Part shown: positions 9,153 through 18,491 of the stretch, in pieces
How the letters are laid out: the number at the start of each line of letters is the position of its first letter
Numbering within the stretch: the stretch's first letter is position 1
Source of the DNA: Capsulimonadaceae bacterium
GTDB lineage: Bacteria; Armatimonadota; Armatimonadia; Armatimonadales; Capsulimonadaceae
DNA: 64,000 nucleotides
Direction: 5' to 3'
Assembly: GCA_965215505.1 (NCBI GenBank)
Contig: OZ244065.1
Location: 2,144,001-2,208,000, forward strand
Made by a program: the position numbers and the translations under genes
The notes under the pieces: model-generated
Databases searched by the model: none
What the model was told of the DNA's origin: nothing
What the model saw: only the letters and a program-made list of their open reading frames with translations

Positions 9153-10703
9153 TTATTTTAATTCATCCCGACAGATGCCCGGGTGGTCACAGCGGCGACA
9201 GGCCGCGCAGAACACGGGAAGGCGCGGCAGATCACGGCGGCGGATGGCCGCCGCCGAAGACAGGAGGTGCGCCCGGGTGCGCTCGGACTGGCACGGGTCG
9301 AACCGCTCGCGGAACTGCACCCCTGCCTCCTCGCCCTCACCGCCCGCCAAGTTGTAGGCTTCGACGTAATCCACGTGACGGCCCGTGGCCGCGTGAAAGC
9401 CTAGGTCCTCGATGTAGAGCTGAGTCCGTGAAAGGTCCTCACTCTGCACCTCGCGCCGCGACTTGATCTCCCGCAGCGTCTCCTCGCCCTCTCGCCTCAA
9501 GATCACGTCGTTGCGCCCCACGATCGTCAGGCCGCCCTCGAACACGACCTCGAAGGGGACCTCCGCGTGCGTCACGACACCTATCCGCGCCCTCTCGTCC
9601 GTCAGGTAGGCGGCGACCTGTTCGGTGGCGGCCCGGGCCAGCGCCTGATAGGCCTCCTCGGAGGCATACGGCAGCAGCAGGTGCCGCTCGATCAGCGCGC
9701 GGGCCAGGTCCCCCGGGTCACCCTCCGCCGCCTGCCCGCCGATGGCGGCGGCGTGGACCTCGGCGAGCGCGTCGTGTCCGCCCTTGCCGAATCCTTCGGC
9801 CTCGTTCGGCGCCGCCGCCCACCCATAAAGCGTCCTCAGCTTGAACAGGTAAGGGCAGCGCAGGTAGGCACTGATCTGCGAGAACGTCAGGACGAGTGCC
9901 CGCTCTTGGATGCGCGCGCGGGGCGGCAGTTTCCGTTTCTGTGGCAACTTCGCCGTCGGCGACTGGGCCGACCTCTCTTTGTGGACTGTCTGGACGTCCG
10001 GGCAGCAGGCGAAGGTTTTGAGGAACGACGAGGTGCGCTGGGGGCGTGCCAAGGCGGGGTCGGGCGCGAACGTGCAGGTCAGAAACTTTTTGGCCCGCGT
10101 GGCGGCGACGTACATCAGCCTGGTCTCCTCAGCTTGAGTGGTATCGTAGCGGGCGGCATCCCGCACAGCTTCGCGCGGCAGGATGTGCCATTTTGTGCGG
10201 CCGTAGGTCTGGCCATTATGAGGGAAGCGCCCCTCGGCCATGCCGGGGACGAAGACACAGCCCCATTCTTTTCCTTTTGACCGATGGACCGTGCTGATCG
10301 CCACGGCGTCCGGCTCGGCCAGCGCCGTGCCGCCTTTCTCGGAAGTCTCCCCCGGGTCCTCGAAGAACAGGGGCGCCTCGCCCTGGAGCCAGTCCGCGAA
10401 GTCCGCCAGCTTCTCGGCCGGTGAACGGCGGAAGCGCAGCAGGTCGTACTCGTCGATGGCCTGGCTGAGCGCCCCCAGGCTGCTCATGACCGCCGGCCCG
10501 CGCGTCGCGCCCGCCGCGCCGGGCGGGACTCCTTCCTCGCGCAGGCGCATCACGCCGAGCAGTTCCTGAAAGAGTTGCTGCAAGTTACAGACCTTTTCGC
10601 CGTCCTCCCTCGTCTCTGCATCATTCGTCTCTGCCTCCGTTCCGGCTGCCCCATCGTCGCCTGTTCCCATCCATTCCTGATCCACCATCTCGAGCTCACC
10701 CAT
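9153..10703 (-). CDS. C-terminal half of a UvrD/PcrA-like helicase fused to a PD-(D/E)XK nuclease with Fe-S-type cysteines
   Basis: STVHRSKGKEW (motif V), EETRLMYVAATRAK (motif VI), TFSQISAYLRCP, GRND..REIK, C-terminal CRRCDHPGIC. GGAGG upstream of the ATG at 10703. Confidence 0.8.
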   Translation of the reverse strand: MGELEMVDQEWMGTGDDGAAGTEAETNDAETREDGEKVCNLQQLFQELLGVMRLREEGVPPGAAGATRGPAVMSSLGALSQAIDEYDLLRFRRSPAEKLADFADWLQGEAPLFFEDPGETSEKGGTALAEPDAVAISTVHRSKGKEWGCVFVPGMAEGRFPHNGQTYGRTKWHILPREAVRDAARYDTTQAEETRLMYVAATRAKKFLTCTFAPDPALARPQRTSSFLKTFACCPDVQTVHKERSAQSPTAKLPQKRKLPPRARIQERALVLTFSQISAYLRCPYLFKLRTLYGWAAAPNEAEGFGKGGHDALAEVHAAAIGGQAAEGDPGDLARALIERHLLLPYASEEAYQALARAATEQVAAYLTDERARIGVVTHAEVPFEVVFEGGLTIVGRNDVILRREGEETLREIKSRREVQSEDLSRTQLYIEDLGFHAATGRHVDYVEAYNLAGGEGEEAGVQFRERFDPCQSERTRAHLLSSAAAIRRRDLPRLPVFCAACRRCDHPGICRDELK

Positions 10704-12210
10704 TCCCGTCCCCTCCCGCTCCGACCAACTTCTGCCCGTACCGCGCTTTTTGCTCCACCAGATAAGCCGCGCCGTCGGCGATCTCCGCCGCACTCAAGCC
10801 CAAATCGGCATCCCGCCAGGCCTGCACCACGCCGTCCGCCGTCACCGCACGCCTGCCCACGACCTTGCCTCCTTCGCGGACCAGTTCGGGCCGTTCGGCC
10901 AGGAATAGGAACGACGCAACGACCGCCCGCACCTCCGGGGCGGCGAACAGGCCGCCCAGCCCCGACACGTGGCAGGGGATGCCCGCCGCCGTGAGCGCCT
11001 CCACGATCGCTCCCGCCGACTGGCGGACGCTACGGCACAGGACGGCGACGTCGCTGTAGGTCAGGCCGCGCGCCGGGTCGTCCGGGCGGTCCTGGAACGG
11101 CGTGCCGATTATGTCCTGGATGCGGCCCACGATGTAATCGGCCTCCTCTTGAAGGTTATCGAACCGCCCCGCCTGCAGGTCACCCGCCTCGGTCACCTGA
11201 TGCCCACCGGCCGTCATGGCTTGCTCGCCCGCCTGCGATCCCAGGAGATGGTGTGCCGCCGTGATGACGCCGGGGCTGGAGCGGTAGTTGGTGTCCAGGC
11301 GTTCGACACGCGCGTGATATCGGTCGGCAAAGGACGTGACGTAGCGGACGTTGCATCCGCGCCAGCCGTAGATGGCCTGGTTGCCGTCGCCGACGGTGGT
11401 GACCGGCACCCCGAGGTCCGCGAAGGCCCGGATTAGGCGCTCCTGGATGGGATTCACGTCCTGGTACTCGTCCACGTACAGTGCGCGCACGTTGTCCGCG
11501 ATATGGGCGCGCAGGCGCCGGCAGTGCTCGTCGTCGGTGTCCCCCAGCGCGTGGAGCGCCTGGTGGAGCAGGCCGGTATGGTCCATGGCGCGCTCGCGCC
11601 GCATCAGGTGCTTAAAGCGGCGGCAGGAATCTTTAAGAGGCGCGGACACTTTGCCCCAGTCCACGTCGCCCTCGCGCAGAACGGTCAGGACGTCCAGGTA
11701 GGCGCGCAGGTCCCAGGCGGTCCGCTCCAGGGGGTCGCCCGCGTGCGGACCGTCCACGAGGCGGACCCGATCCAGCCCCAGGGCGTGGTAGTTTTCCTTG
11801 ACGAGGAGGTAGACCTGAGCCTCAGTGAGCAACCTGTATGAAGTGTAGCGCGGCAGGTGCCTCTTGAGGAGCCCGAGGCAGACGGAGTGGATGGTGCCGA
11901 CCGTCATCTGAGACAGGCCGGGCATTGGCCCAAGCCGCTGGCCGGCGACGAGCAGGATGCGCTCCCGCAGCTCTTGCGCGGCCTGGACGCCGTATGTGGT
12001 GGCCACGATCGAACCCGGCGGCGTGCCTATCGCAACACTGTCCGCGATCAGTTCCGCGATCCGTTGGGTCTTGCCGGACCCTGCCTGTGCGATGACTTGC
12101 CTATGCTTTCTCGATTCTTCGATTACTTCAACAACCACATCGTTCCCCTGTAATAATACGTCGGATAAACGTCGTTTCAATACTACGAGATATTTTACAC
12201 TCAAAAACAC
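10696..12210 (-). CDS. N-terminal half of a UvrD/PcrA-like ATP-dependent helicase
   Basis: AQAGSGKT, GTIHS, VDEYQD, VGDGNQAIYGWRG, LDTNYRS. The true start may be downstream of 12210. Confidence 0.85.
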   Translation of the reverse strand: MFLSVKYLVVLKRRLSDVLLQGNDVVVEVIEESRKHRQVIAQAGSGKTQRIAELIADSVAIGTPPGSIVATTYGVQAAQELRERILLVAGQRLGPMPGLSQMTVGTIHSVCLGLLKRHLPRYTSYRLLTEAQVYLLVKENYHALGLDRVRLVDGPHAGDPLERTAWDLRAYLDVLTVLREGDVDWGKVSAPLKDSCRRFKHLMRRERAMDHTGLLHQALHALGDTDDEHCRRLRAHIADNVRALYVDEYQDVNPIQERLIRAFADLGVPVTTVGDGNQAIYGWRGCNVRYVTSFADRYHARVERLDTNYRSSPGVITAAHHLLGSQAGEQAMTAGGHQVTEAGDLQAGRFDNLQEEADYIVGRIQDIIGTPFQDRPDDPARGLTYSDVAVLCRSVRQSAGAIVEALTAAGIPCHVSGLGGLFAAPEVRAVVASFLFLAERPELVREGGKVVGRRAVTADGVVQAWRDADLGLSAAEIADGAAYLVEQKARYGQKLVGAGGDGNG

Positions 12211-12229
12211 GTCGAGTCAATAGCTGAGC

Positions 12230-12592
12230 CTATGGATTTTGTTGCGTCTTGCGCGGACGTCCGCCTTTAGTCCTGTTCGGGGAGATACGTGTCCGGCCTC
12301 GGGGATTGCGGAGCGGGGTGTCGACCCCATCAGGGAACAGGGTGGCTATTTCTGACTGCAGTGCTGCGGCGAGCGTCACGGCAGTGCTGCGGCGCGGTTT
12401 TGTTCTGCCCACTTCCAGATCCCGGATAGCGTTGACACTGACGGATGTGTAACTGGTCGGGTCGCTGTCGGCTAGGCCAGCACAGCGCATCGATAACTGG
12501 CTCCGGGTCATCAGTGCAGCATCACGTGCTGCGCGCAACGGGTTACCCTGGGGATTATCGTCCGTCTGCTGCTCTGTCGCTGATGGTGGCAT
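12230..12592 (-). CDS. XRE-family HTH regulator
   Basis: NPLRAAR..MTRSQL...VSVNAIRDLEVGRTKPR..TAVTLAAAL. Confidence 0.75.
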   Translation of the reverse strand: MPPSATEQQTDDNPQGNPLRAARDAALMTRSQLSMRCAGLADSDPTSYTSVSVNAIRDLEVGRTKPRRSTAVTLAAALQSEIATLFPDGVDTPLRNPRGRTRISPNRTKGGRPRKTQQNP

Positions 12593-12738
12593 CGTTCCTC
12601 AATACGGCCTCCGGCCCCAAGAAACCTGCTGGGCCAGCCCGTAATGGCCGCCCCCAGGGAAAAGGTCGCTCTTGTGTCTATCCAGAAGAAGACAAGGAAG
12701 ACAAACCCTGACGCCCCGGCGCAGGTGCCCGAAGACTT

Positions 12739-12792
12739 TGTAACCGCAATTTGTATTTTTAGGGTTGTGCTACAATACATTTAGCGGTTACA
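12739..12792. other. 54-bp symmetric attP-like site upstream of the serine recombinase
   Basis: Outer TGTAACCGC/GCGGTTACA and inner TGTATT/AATACA arms, both symmetric about a central TT. Confidence 0.55.
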
Positions 12793-12819
12793 CGGTTATT
12801 ATATCACAAGGACGACGAA

Positions 12820-15261
12820 ATGACGGACGAAACTATTATAGCGCATCGCACGACGGTCGAACACGGCCTTACAGACATGCCGGCAGCTGGTGGCCTTGCC
12901 CTGGACGGGCTGACGATGGAGCGGCTAATCGACCACTGCCTCCGGATGCGCCCCGACGAGGCCGCCCGCAAGGGGGACAGCACGCTGTGCGTCACGCCCT
13001 TGATCACGCGGCTGATCGTGGACGGGCAGGTGCATGAACTGGCCCTGGAGCAGGGCCGGTGGGGGGCCCTGGAGGTGCGCGTCTCTTCCGACCCCCAGCG
13101 CTCCGCCCTCTTCCAGCAGATCAAAGAACAGCTCCAGAATAGAGAACAGCTCCAGGTGACAGACGCTCCTCCAGACCCGGAAGCGGTGGGTGGTGGGACT
13201 GGAAAGAGCCGCCGCAGGCGTGCGGTCAAGCAGGACGGGTATTCCGAGGAAGAGCAGATTGTGCGCGGCATTCGCCACTTTGTGCGCGCCGGGCAGGCCT
13301 TCCGGATCTACAGTGACGCGGGCGTGACCGGCGAGTACCCCAACAACGACCCGGCCCTAATCAGGCGCCTCCTGGATAAGAAAGCGGTCCGGTACGAGCG
13401 CATCTTCCGCAAGACGCTCCTGGACGAGACTTCCCGCACCTGGTGGACGCCCGAGCAGGTTTCCCAGCTTGAGGGCTACCTCGACGGCACTCTGGCGAGC
13501 ATCCGGCGCGGCCAAGTCAGCGAGGCCCACCTGATTAAGGGGAAAATCACGGCGGCCATCTCGGACAACGACAACGTCACTGACGACGGCCAACCGGACA
13601 GTGCCGATGGCGGCGAGAACGGAACTGTCCGTCGTCGACGGGGTCGGCGCGGGAACAAGGTCTATTTCCGACAAGCCTTCACCCAGCTCTGGGAGGATAC
13701 AGGCGCGAATTTGGTCCACACCATCGCCATAAGTGATCGGAGTCGATTATGTCGTGATGCAGACCTGGAGACGGCCATGCTCGAGCGCATGGCCCAGCAC
13801 GGCACGCGGCTAGTCGGACTGATGGAGGACCTCTCCTCCCTGGACGTCTCCGATCCCCTCCGCAAGGGTCTGACCTACCTGATCGCCAGCGTCAACGAGC
13901 AGCGGCTGACCGAGATCGCCCAGGCCTCTTTCCGGGGCACGATGCAGCGGCTGCGGTCGGGCCGCCCCGGCGGAAAGCCGCCGTGGTGGCTGTGGCGCGA
14001 CGAGGACGGGCGGACGCTCGTGCGCGAGGACTTGCGGCCCCTGGTGGCACGCATCGTGGAGATGAGCCTCTCGGGCATGGGCGCGCGGGCCACGGCGACG
14101 CGCCTGCACAAAGAGGGCATCCAGGTGGACGGCAAGAGCCTGACCCTGATGCAGGTCCAGTACATGGTCACCAAGGACGTCCTGGCGGGCAAGCAAACAT
14201 TCTGCGGCCTCTCCTGGGACGTCTACCCCCGCCTGATCGACGACGAGACCCTCGCCGACCTGCGCCGTGGGCGGAAGGGCAGGGCGGAGGGGACCGCGCG
14301 CCTCAACGACGAGCGCACCTGGGCGCGGCACACCTTTGCCGGCGTCCTGCGCTGCGCGTGCGGGGCGCGTATGGCCTGCACGACGCCGTCCAAAGCCCGG
14401 CGGGCGGCGGGCGAGACGGGCTACTGCCGCTGCGAGGCCTCCAACAAGGACGCTAACAGGGACGGCGTGCACGCGTGGCTGAGCGAGCACCAACTGGATG
14501 ATTTTTTCGGCGAACTCCTGCGCCACCACCCCGATCTGCTCGCGCGCACACTCTCGGCGGGGGATGGACGGGCGTTGGCGGCGTCGGCGCGGCGCCAGCA
14601 CCTGGAGGAGCGGCTCGCGTCGGCGGGGGCCGTATACGCTCAGAAAGAGGCCGCCGCGCGGACTCAGGCCGAGGCCTCGGCGGCGGGCCTCGGCCTGGGC
14701 GAGGAGACGCCGGGGTACGAGTCGGTCGTGTCCGGTCTGTGCGAGAGCCTGCTGGCGGAGGAGAGGGAGGCGTTGCACGCCCTGACCCTGGAGCTGTCGC
14801 GGGCGACGGGCGAGGCGGGGCATCACCGGCAGGCGGCGCGCGCATTGGAGGCGGCGCGTGAGCTTTCGGGCTGGGACGACCTGGATAAAGAGACGAAGAA
14901 CCGGCTGCTGCGGGTCCTGCTGGACCGTGTGGTGGTGTACGCCATGGGCCGGATGCGCCCCGGGCGTGGCCGTGGCGGCTACCTGGAGATCTGGCTGGCG
15001 GGCGTGGACGTGCCGCTGCCGCCGGTGACGATGAGGCGTGGCGCGGGCAAGACTGTTTTGCTGCCGACGCCCGCCGAGTGGATCGCTGATATCTTCTCTG
15101 GCACGTTCTTCGCAGACGTGCTGCCGCCCCAGACGCATACAGCCGCCGAGACATACGTCTCTGAGCTCTCGGCCGCAGGGGGCTCGTCGGTCGTGGAACC
15201 CCCCTCGGCAGAAATCCTCTCGGCAGAAATCCTCTCGGCAGAGATTTCCTCCGGCGGATAG
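12820..15261 (+). CDS. Large serine recombinase (resolvase, recombinase and zinc-ribbon domains) with insertions
   Basis: VRVSSDPQ (catalytic Ser), GYSEEEQ, YSDAGVTG, SDRSRLCR, GGKPPW, YPRLID, GVLRCACG..YCRC, coiled coil, KNRLLRVLLDRVVV. Confidence 0.85.
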   Translation: MTDETIIAHRTTVEHGLTDMPAAGGLALDGLTMERLIDHCLRMRPDEAARKGDSTLCVTPLITRLIVDGQVHELALEQGRWGALEVRVSSDPQRSALFQQIKEQLQNREQLQVTDAPPDPEAVGGGTGKSRRRRAVKQDGYSEEEQIVRGIRHFVRAGQAFRIYSDAGVTGEYPNNDPALIRRLLDKKAVRYERIFRKTLLDETSRTWWTPEQVSQLEGYLDGTLASIRRGQVSEAHLIKGKITAAISDNDNVTDDGQPDSADGGENGTVRRRRGRRGNKVYFRQAFTQLWEDTGANLVHTIAISDRSRLCRDADLETAMLERMAQHGTRLVGLMEDLSSLDVSDPLRKGLTYLIASVNEQRLTEIAQASFRGTMQRLRSGRPGGKPPWWLWRDEDGRTLVREDLRPLVARIVEMSLSGMGARATATRLHKEGIQVDGKSLTLMQVQYMVTKDVLAGKQTFCGLSWDVYPRLIDDETLADLRRGRKGRAEGTARLNDERTWARHTFAGVLRCACGARMACTTPSKARRAAGETGYCRCEASNKDANRDGVHAWLSEHQLDDFFGELLRHHPDLLARTLSAGDGRALAASARRQHLEERLASAGAVYAQKEAAARTQAEASAAGLGLGEETPGYESVVSGLCESLLAEEREALHALTLELSRATGEAGHHRQAARALEAARELSGWDDLDKETKNRLLRVLLDRVVVYAMGRMRPGRGRGGYLEIWLAGVDVPLPPVTMRRGAGKTVLLPTPAEWIADIFSGTFFADVLPPQTHTAAETYVSELSAAGGSSVVEPPSAEILSAEILSAEISSGG

Positions 15262-15274
15262 CGGCCGACGTAAG

Positions 15275-15300
15275 AAAGCCTCCGTGAGGGGGCTTTTTTC
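15275..15300 (+). terminator. Intrinsic terminator
   Basis: AAAGCCTCC-GTGA-GGGGGCTTTTTT after the recombinase stop. Confidence 0.8.
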
Positions 15301-15644
15301 ATGGCTCTTCATCAGGCTGACAGGTCACCACCGGACATTACTGGGCGCACCCCGGTGGTGGTCTCGGCGGGATGGCGTGACTGGGCAACTCGCGTTGCCG
15401 GGGTCTCTGTCAGAAATCCCTCGCTTTTGTTTTCACCCAATCCCTCCGTTCCCAAAGCCCCTCCAAAAATAAATCGGCCGATTTTTAGCCGATGCGTGCT
15501 CTTTCCGAATGAAGCGACAACATACAGGATAGGGCCAGAAGATCGCCCCGAAATTCGCCTGCAAGTCCGGGCGTCTGGCGACCCTGCCAGGACGTTCGGA
15601 TGCGCGGACGGCGAAGAGAAAGACAAAGCGAAGAGAAAGACAAA

Positions 15645-16250
15645 ATGGACACTGAAATAGGCATCAAAGAAATAGACATCAAAGTGAGCCGCGCCGGGTT
15701 CAACACGATCCTGGCCGCCCTGCGGTTCTGGCAGGAGAGGGATATGGCCCACGGGGCGAACCGCTCGGACCTGATCCAGGGGATCGCCTGTGACGAAGAC
15801 GACGACACGGGCCTGGACGAAGCGGGCATCGACGAGTTGTGTGAACGCATCAACTGCGGCCAGGGACTGACACCAGAGACGAGGGACGAACCCGCCGGCG
15901 CCCCGGGGCTGCTGGCTGAGGCCCCCCGCACCCATTACTACCTCCTCACAATATGGGGCGACGTGGATGCGGACCTTCTAGGCCCATACCCCACCCCCGA
16001 GGCTCGCGATGAGGCGGCCCGAGCGTTCATGCGCGATGAGGGAGACGAACACGGTGTTCATTTCCTGGATGTCACGACCACGCCCGGCGGGCCGGTCGAT
16101 GTCGAGGTCGGCGGCTACATGGGCGGCTTCTTCATGGACGACGAAGGCGATAACGATGACGACGAGGATGACGACAACTCCGGCGACGACGAGGACCCCG
16201 GACAACGACCGCCCCTGGAACGGCAGGCGGAGGACGAGAGGAAGAAATGA
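15645..16250 (+). CDS. Acidic hypothetical protein (phage/plasmid-type)
   Basis: TILAALRFWQ...IDELCERIN segment and D/E-rich tail. ATGA overlap with the next gene. Confidence 0.65.
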   Translation: MDTEIGIKEIDIKVSRAGFNTILAALRFWQERDMAHGANRSDLIQGIACDEDDDTGLDEAGIDELCERINCGQGLTPETRDEPAGAPGLLAEAPRTHYYLLTIWGDVDADLLGPYPTPEARDEAARAFMRDEGDEHGVHFLDVTTTPGGPVDVEVGGYMGGFFMDDEGDNDDDEDDDNSGDDEDPGQRPPLERQAEDERKK

Positions 16251-16531
16251 GCGAGATGGAAAAAGGCAGGGAGATCGCGATCAGTCGTTTCATCTCGGCG
16301 GGGGGGCTTAACGATCACCATCAGGATACGTCCACGCTCCTGCGCGAGGCGGCAGTCATGATGGACCGCGTCTGCGGCGACCTCTTCGGGCCGGTGTTCT
16401 TCGAGGGCGCCGACGGCAGGATCTATTCTCTGACCCTCGGCGCCTCTATCGATGAGGTCGACCCCGATTACGTCGAAGACGTCTTAACAGAGGCGTCTCC
16501 AGGCTATCACGCCGGCGGGGCTCGGGCATGA
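16247..16531 (+). CDS. Small hypothetical protein
   Basis: Translationally coupled to the upstream ORF, with a GAGG RBS. Confidence 0.6.
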   Translation: MSEMEKGREIAISRFISAGGLNDHHQDTSTLLREAAVMMDRVCGDLFGPVFFEGADGRIYSLTLGASIDEVDPDYVEDVLTEASPGYHAGGARA

Positions 16532-16556
16532 CCCGAGGACAGGAAATAAGGAACCC

Positions 16557-16802
16557 ATGCTGCTAGTCAGCGTCTTCTGGGACAACGAGGTGAGCGGCCA
16601 ATACGCGATGTTGCTCGGCGAAGGCCAGACGGTGCAGGAGACTGAAGAGGCGTTTTACGAGCAGTGGTCACGCTGCATTCGGGCCCTGCAGGAGGAAGAC
16701 CCGGATGACGAATGGGGAACTGATGAAGCCGTTGGGTGGATGCGCCAGAACGGGTGGAGGATGGAAAGCTTTGAGGATAAGCTGGAGGTGGATATCGCCT
16801 GA
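16557..16802 (+). CDS. Small highly acidic hypothetical protein
   Basis: AAGGA RBS. 20 D/E versus 5 K/R in 81 aa. Confidence 0.6.
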   Translation: MLLVSVFWDNEVSGQYAMLLGEGQTVQETEEAFYEQWSRCIRALQEEDPDDEWGTDEAVGWMRQNGWRMESFEDKLEVDIA

Positions 16803-16937
16803 GCGGTAATGTCCGGGTGGGCCCGACCGCCGGTCGCGCGGTGTACATTCTCTTCGCGCGGTGTACATTCTCTCCCGGATGGTAATCTTCTCAGCGGACC
16901 TGTGGCACCGGCTGGCGGCTTTCGCCGGACCGGGACC

Positions 16938-17141
16938 TCACCAGACAAAGAGGCGCAGGGCATGGTAGGCGCTCCGGGCGGCCTGCTGTTGCGGCTCCCG
17001 GCCAAGGCGGCGCAGGCCGTCGGCGACCTGGCGGCGCTGCGGCCAAAGGGCGGGGTGCTGTTTCTCCGGCTGGGATGTCGCCACGTAGTCGGCGAGCTTT
17101 TGATAATCAATTTCCTTCGGCTGGGGTGCGAACTGGTACAT
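16938..17141 (-). CDS. Small hypothetical protein
   Basis: 67-aa ORF with upstream purine-rich sequence. No motif recognised. Confidence 0.3.
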   Translation of the reverse strand: MYQFAPQPKEIDYQKLADYVATSQPEKQHPALWPQRRQVADGLRRLGREPQQQAARSAYHALRLFVW

Positions 17142-17504
17142 GGCGTCAGGCCCTCTGCCTCCAGTTTACCCCACTGTTCTCCTGATCTTAGCAGCCCCCG
17201 CCTCGAAATCTTCGGCCTGGAGCTGTTTCCCTGGTCCCTCTTGTCCTTCCCTATTACGTAAGCCTGTGGGCCGCAAAGACAGTGTGCCACGGGATGCGCT
17301 TGGGGGGATGTCGTTAGTAGATGCTCACGGTACTTGATCTTTGAGGAGATTGAACGTCCAGTACCAAAAAGCCGATTCAAAATTAAATCAAATATTTTCA
17401 GCTCCGGGTGTGCGTCTTTCGCCCTCGCGGCATGACTATAAGGTCGGGGAGAGACTACCGCCCCTATCATATCAGTCCCACGAGAACGATCACATGAGGT
17501 TATT

Positions 17505-18071
17505 TTGGATTTAACATCAGAGTTCACAAAATCAGATTTCACGAAACCGGCCAGCTCTGCTGACGGAACCCCGGCGCCCGCAGGTCAGGACTTCCGCGAG
17601 GCCCTACGGGATGACACCGCGTACGGGGAGGCGTTGCGTGAAGCACAGAAGACCCACGCCGTCATCAACGCGGAGGCTCGCCGCGCGAAGAGGCTCAAAT
17701 GCGAACCCTTCGCCCGCTACTCCCCGGGTGAGTATAACCGCTATCGGCGCCAGCTCGAGGATCATGAGCGCCAGATGGAAGAGATTCGCGCGAAATACGC
17801 GGGCCAGCCGCGCGTGCGGCTGCATGTGTCTCTGGCGAACCTGGGCACCGGGCTCGTGGCGGCTCGTGAGGCGGCGGGCAAAAGCCAGGCCGAAGTTGCT
17901 CGCCTCCTGGACACGCCCGTTGCCGAGATCCAGCGCCTGGAGGCCCGTGCCTATAGAGACCTGCCACTGGCTCAGATCTCAGCAGTATTGGAGGCAATCG
18001 GACTGAATCCTGCCACGACCGTGTGCCTCTGGAACGCCGTGCCGGACCTGAAAGGGGCGTGCCGGACCTGA
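17505..18071 (+). CDS. XRE-type HTH protein (HTH in C-terminal half)
   Basis: LGTGLVAAREAAGKSQAEVARLL....IQRLEA..Y..L..I..VLEAIG. Start uncertain. Confidence 0.7.
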   Translation: MDLTSEFTKSDFTKPASSADGTPAPAGQDFREALRDDTAYGEALREAQKTHAVINAEARRAKRLKCEPFARYSPGEYNRYRRQLEDHERQMEEIRAKYAGQPRVRLHVSLANLGTGLVAAREAAGKSQAEVARLLDTPVAEIQRLEARAYRDLPLAQISAVLEAIGLNPATTVCLWNAVPDLKGACRT

Positions 18072-18175
18072 AAGGGGCGTGCCGGACCTGAAAGGGGCGT
18101 GCCGGACCTGAAAGGGGCGTGCCGGACCTGAAAGGGGCGTGCCGGACCTGAAAGGGGCGTGCCGGACCTGAAAGG
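18038..18175. repeat. Perfect 20-bp tandem repeat, about 7 copies (CGTGCCGGACCTGAAAGGGG)
   Basis: Six full units plus an 18-nt seventh unit, with no spacers. Confidence 0.95.
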
Positions 18176-18491
18176 CCGGATTTCCATCCCATGAGACCAT
18201 CTGTCTGGCCTGACTCGCTGCCCCGGACCGACGGAGGGCAGTGGGACAGCCCGTACCAGCTTTGAAGTTATTGCGAAATTTTCCGCCGCCTGTGCGTCTT
18301 CACCCGATCCAGCACTACACATATATCAATGAAGGTCCTCTCCAGGGCCCGCCAGCAGGGCGCCACTGCGGCCGAGGTCGGCCGCAACTGTGACGCCCAC
18401 GTCAAAAGTCAATCGAAAAATAAATCGAAAACAACTTAGAAATCGATCTCGCACCCGCGCCATTCCTGGCGGCACGCACGAACACATCAAC

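Noticed and set aside
16655-17542. 295-aa minus-strand ORF
   Set aside because: No motifs, atypical composition, and it overlaps better-supported ORFs.
18038-18175. CRISPR array
   Set aside because: Units are contiguous and identical with no spacers, and no cas genes are seen.
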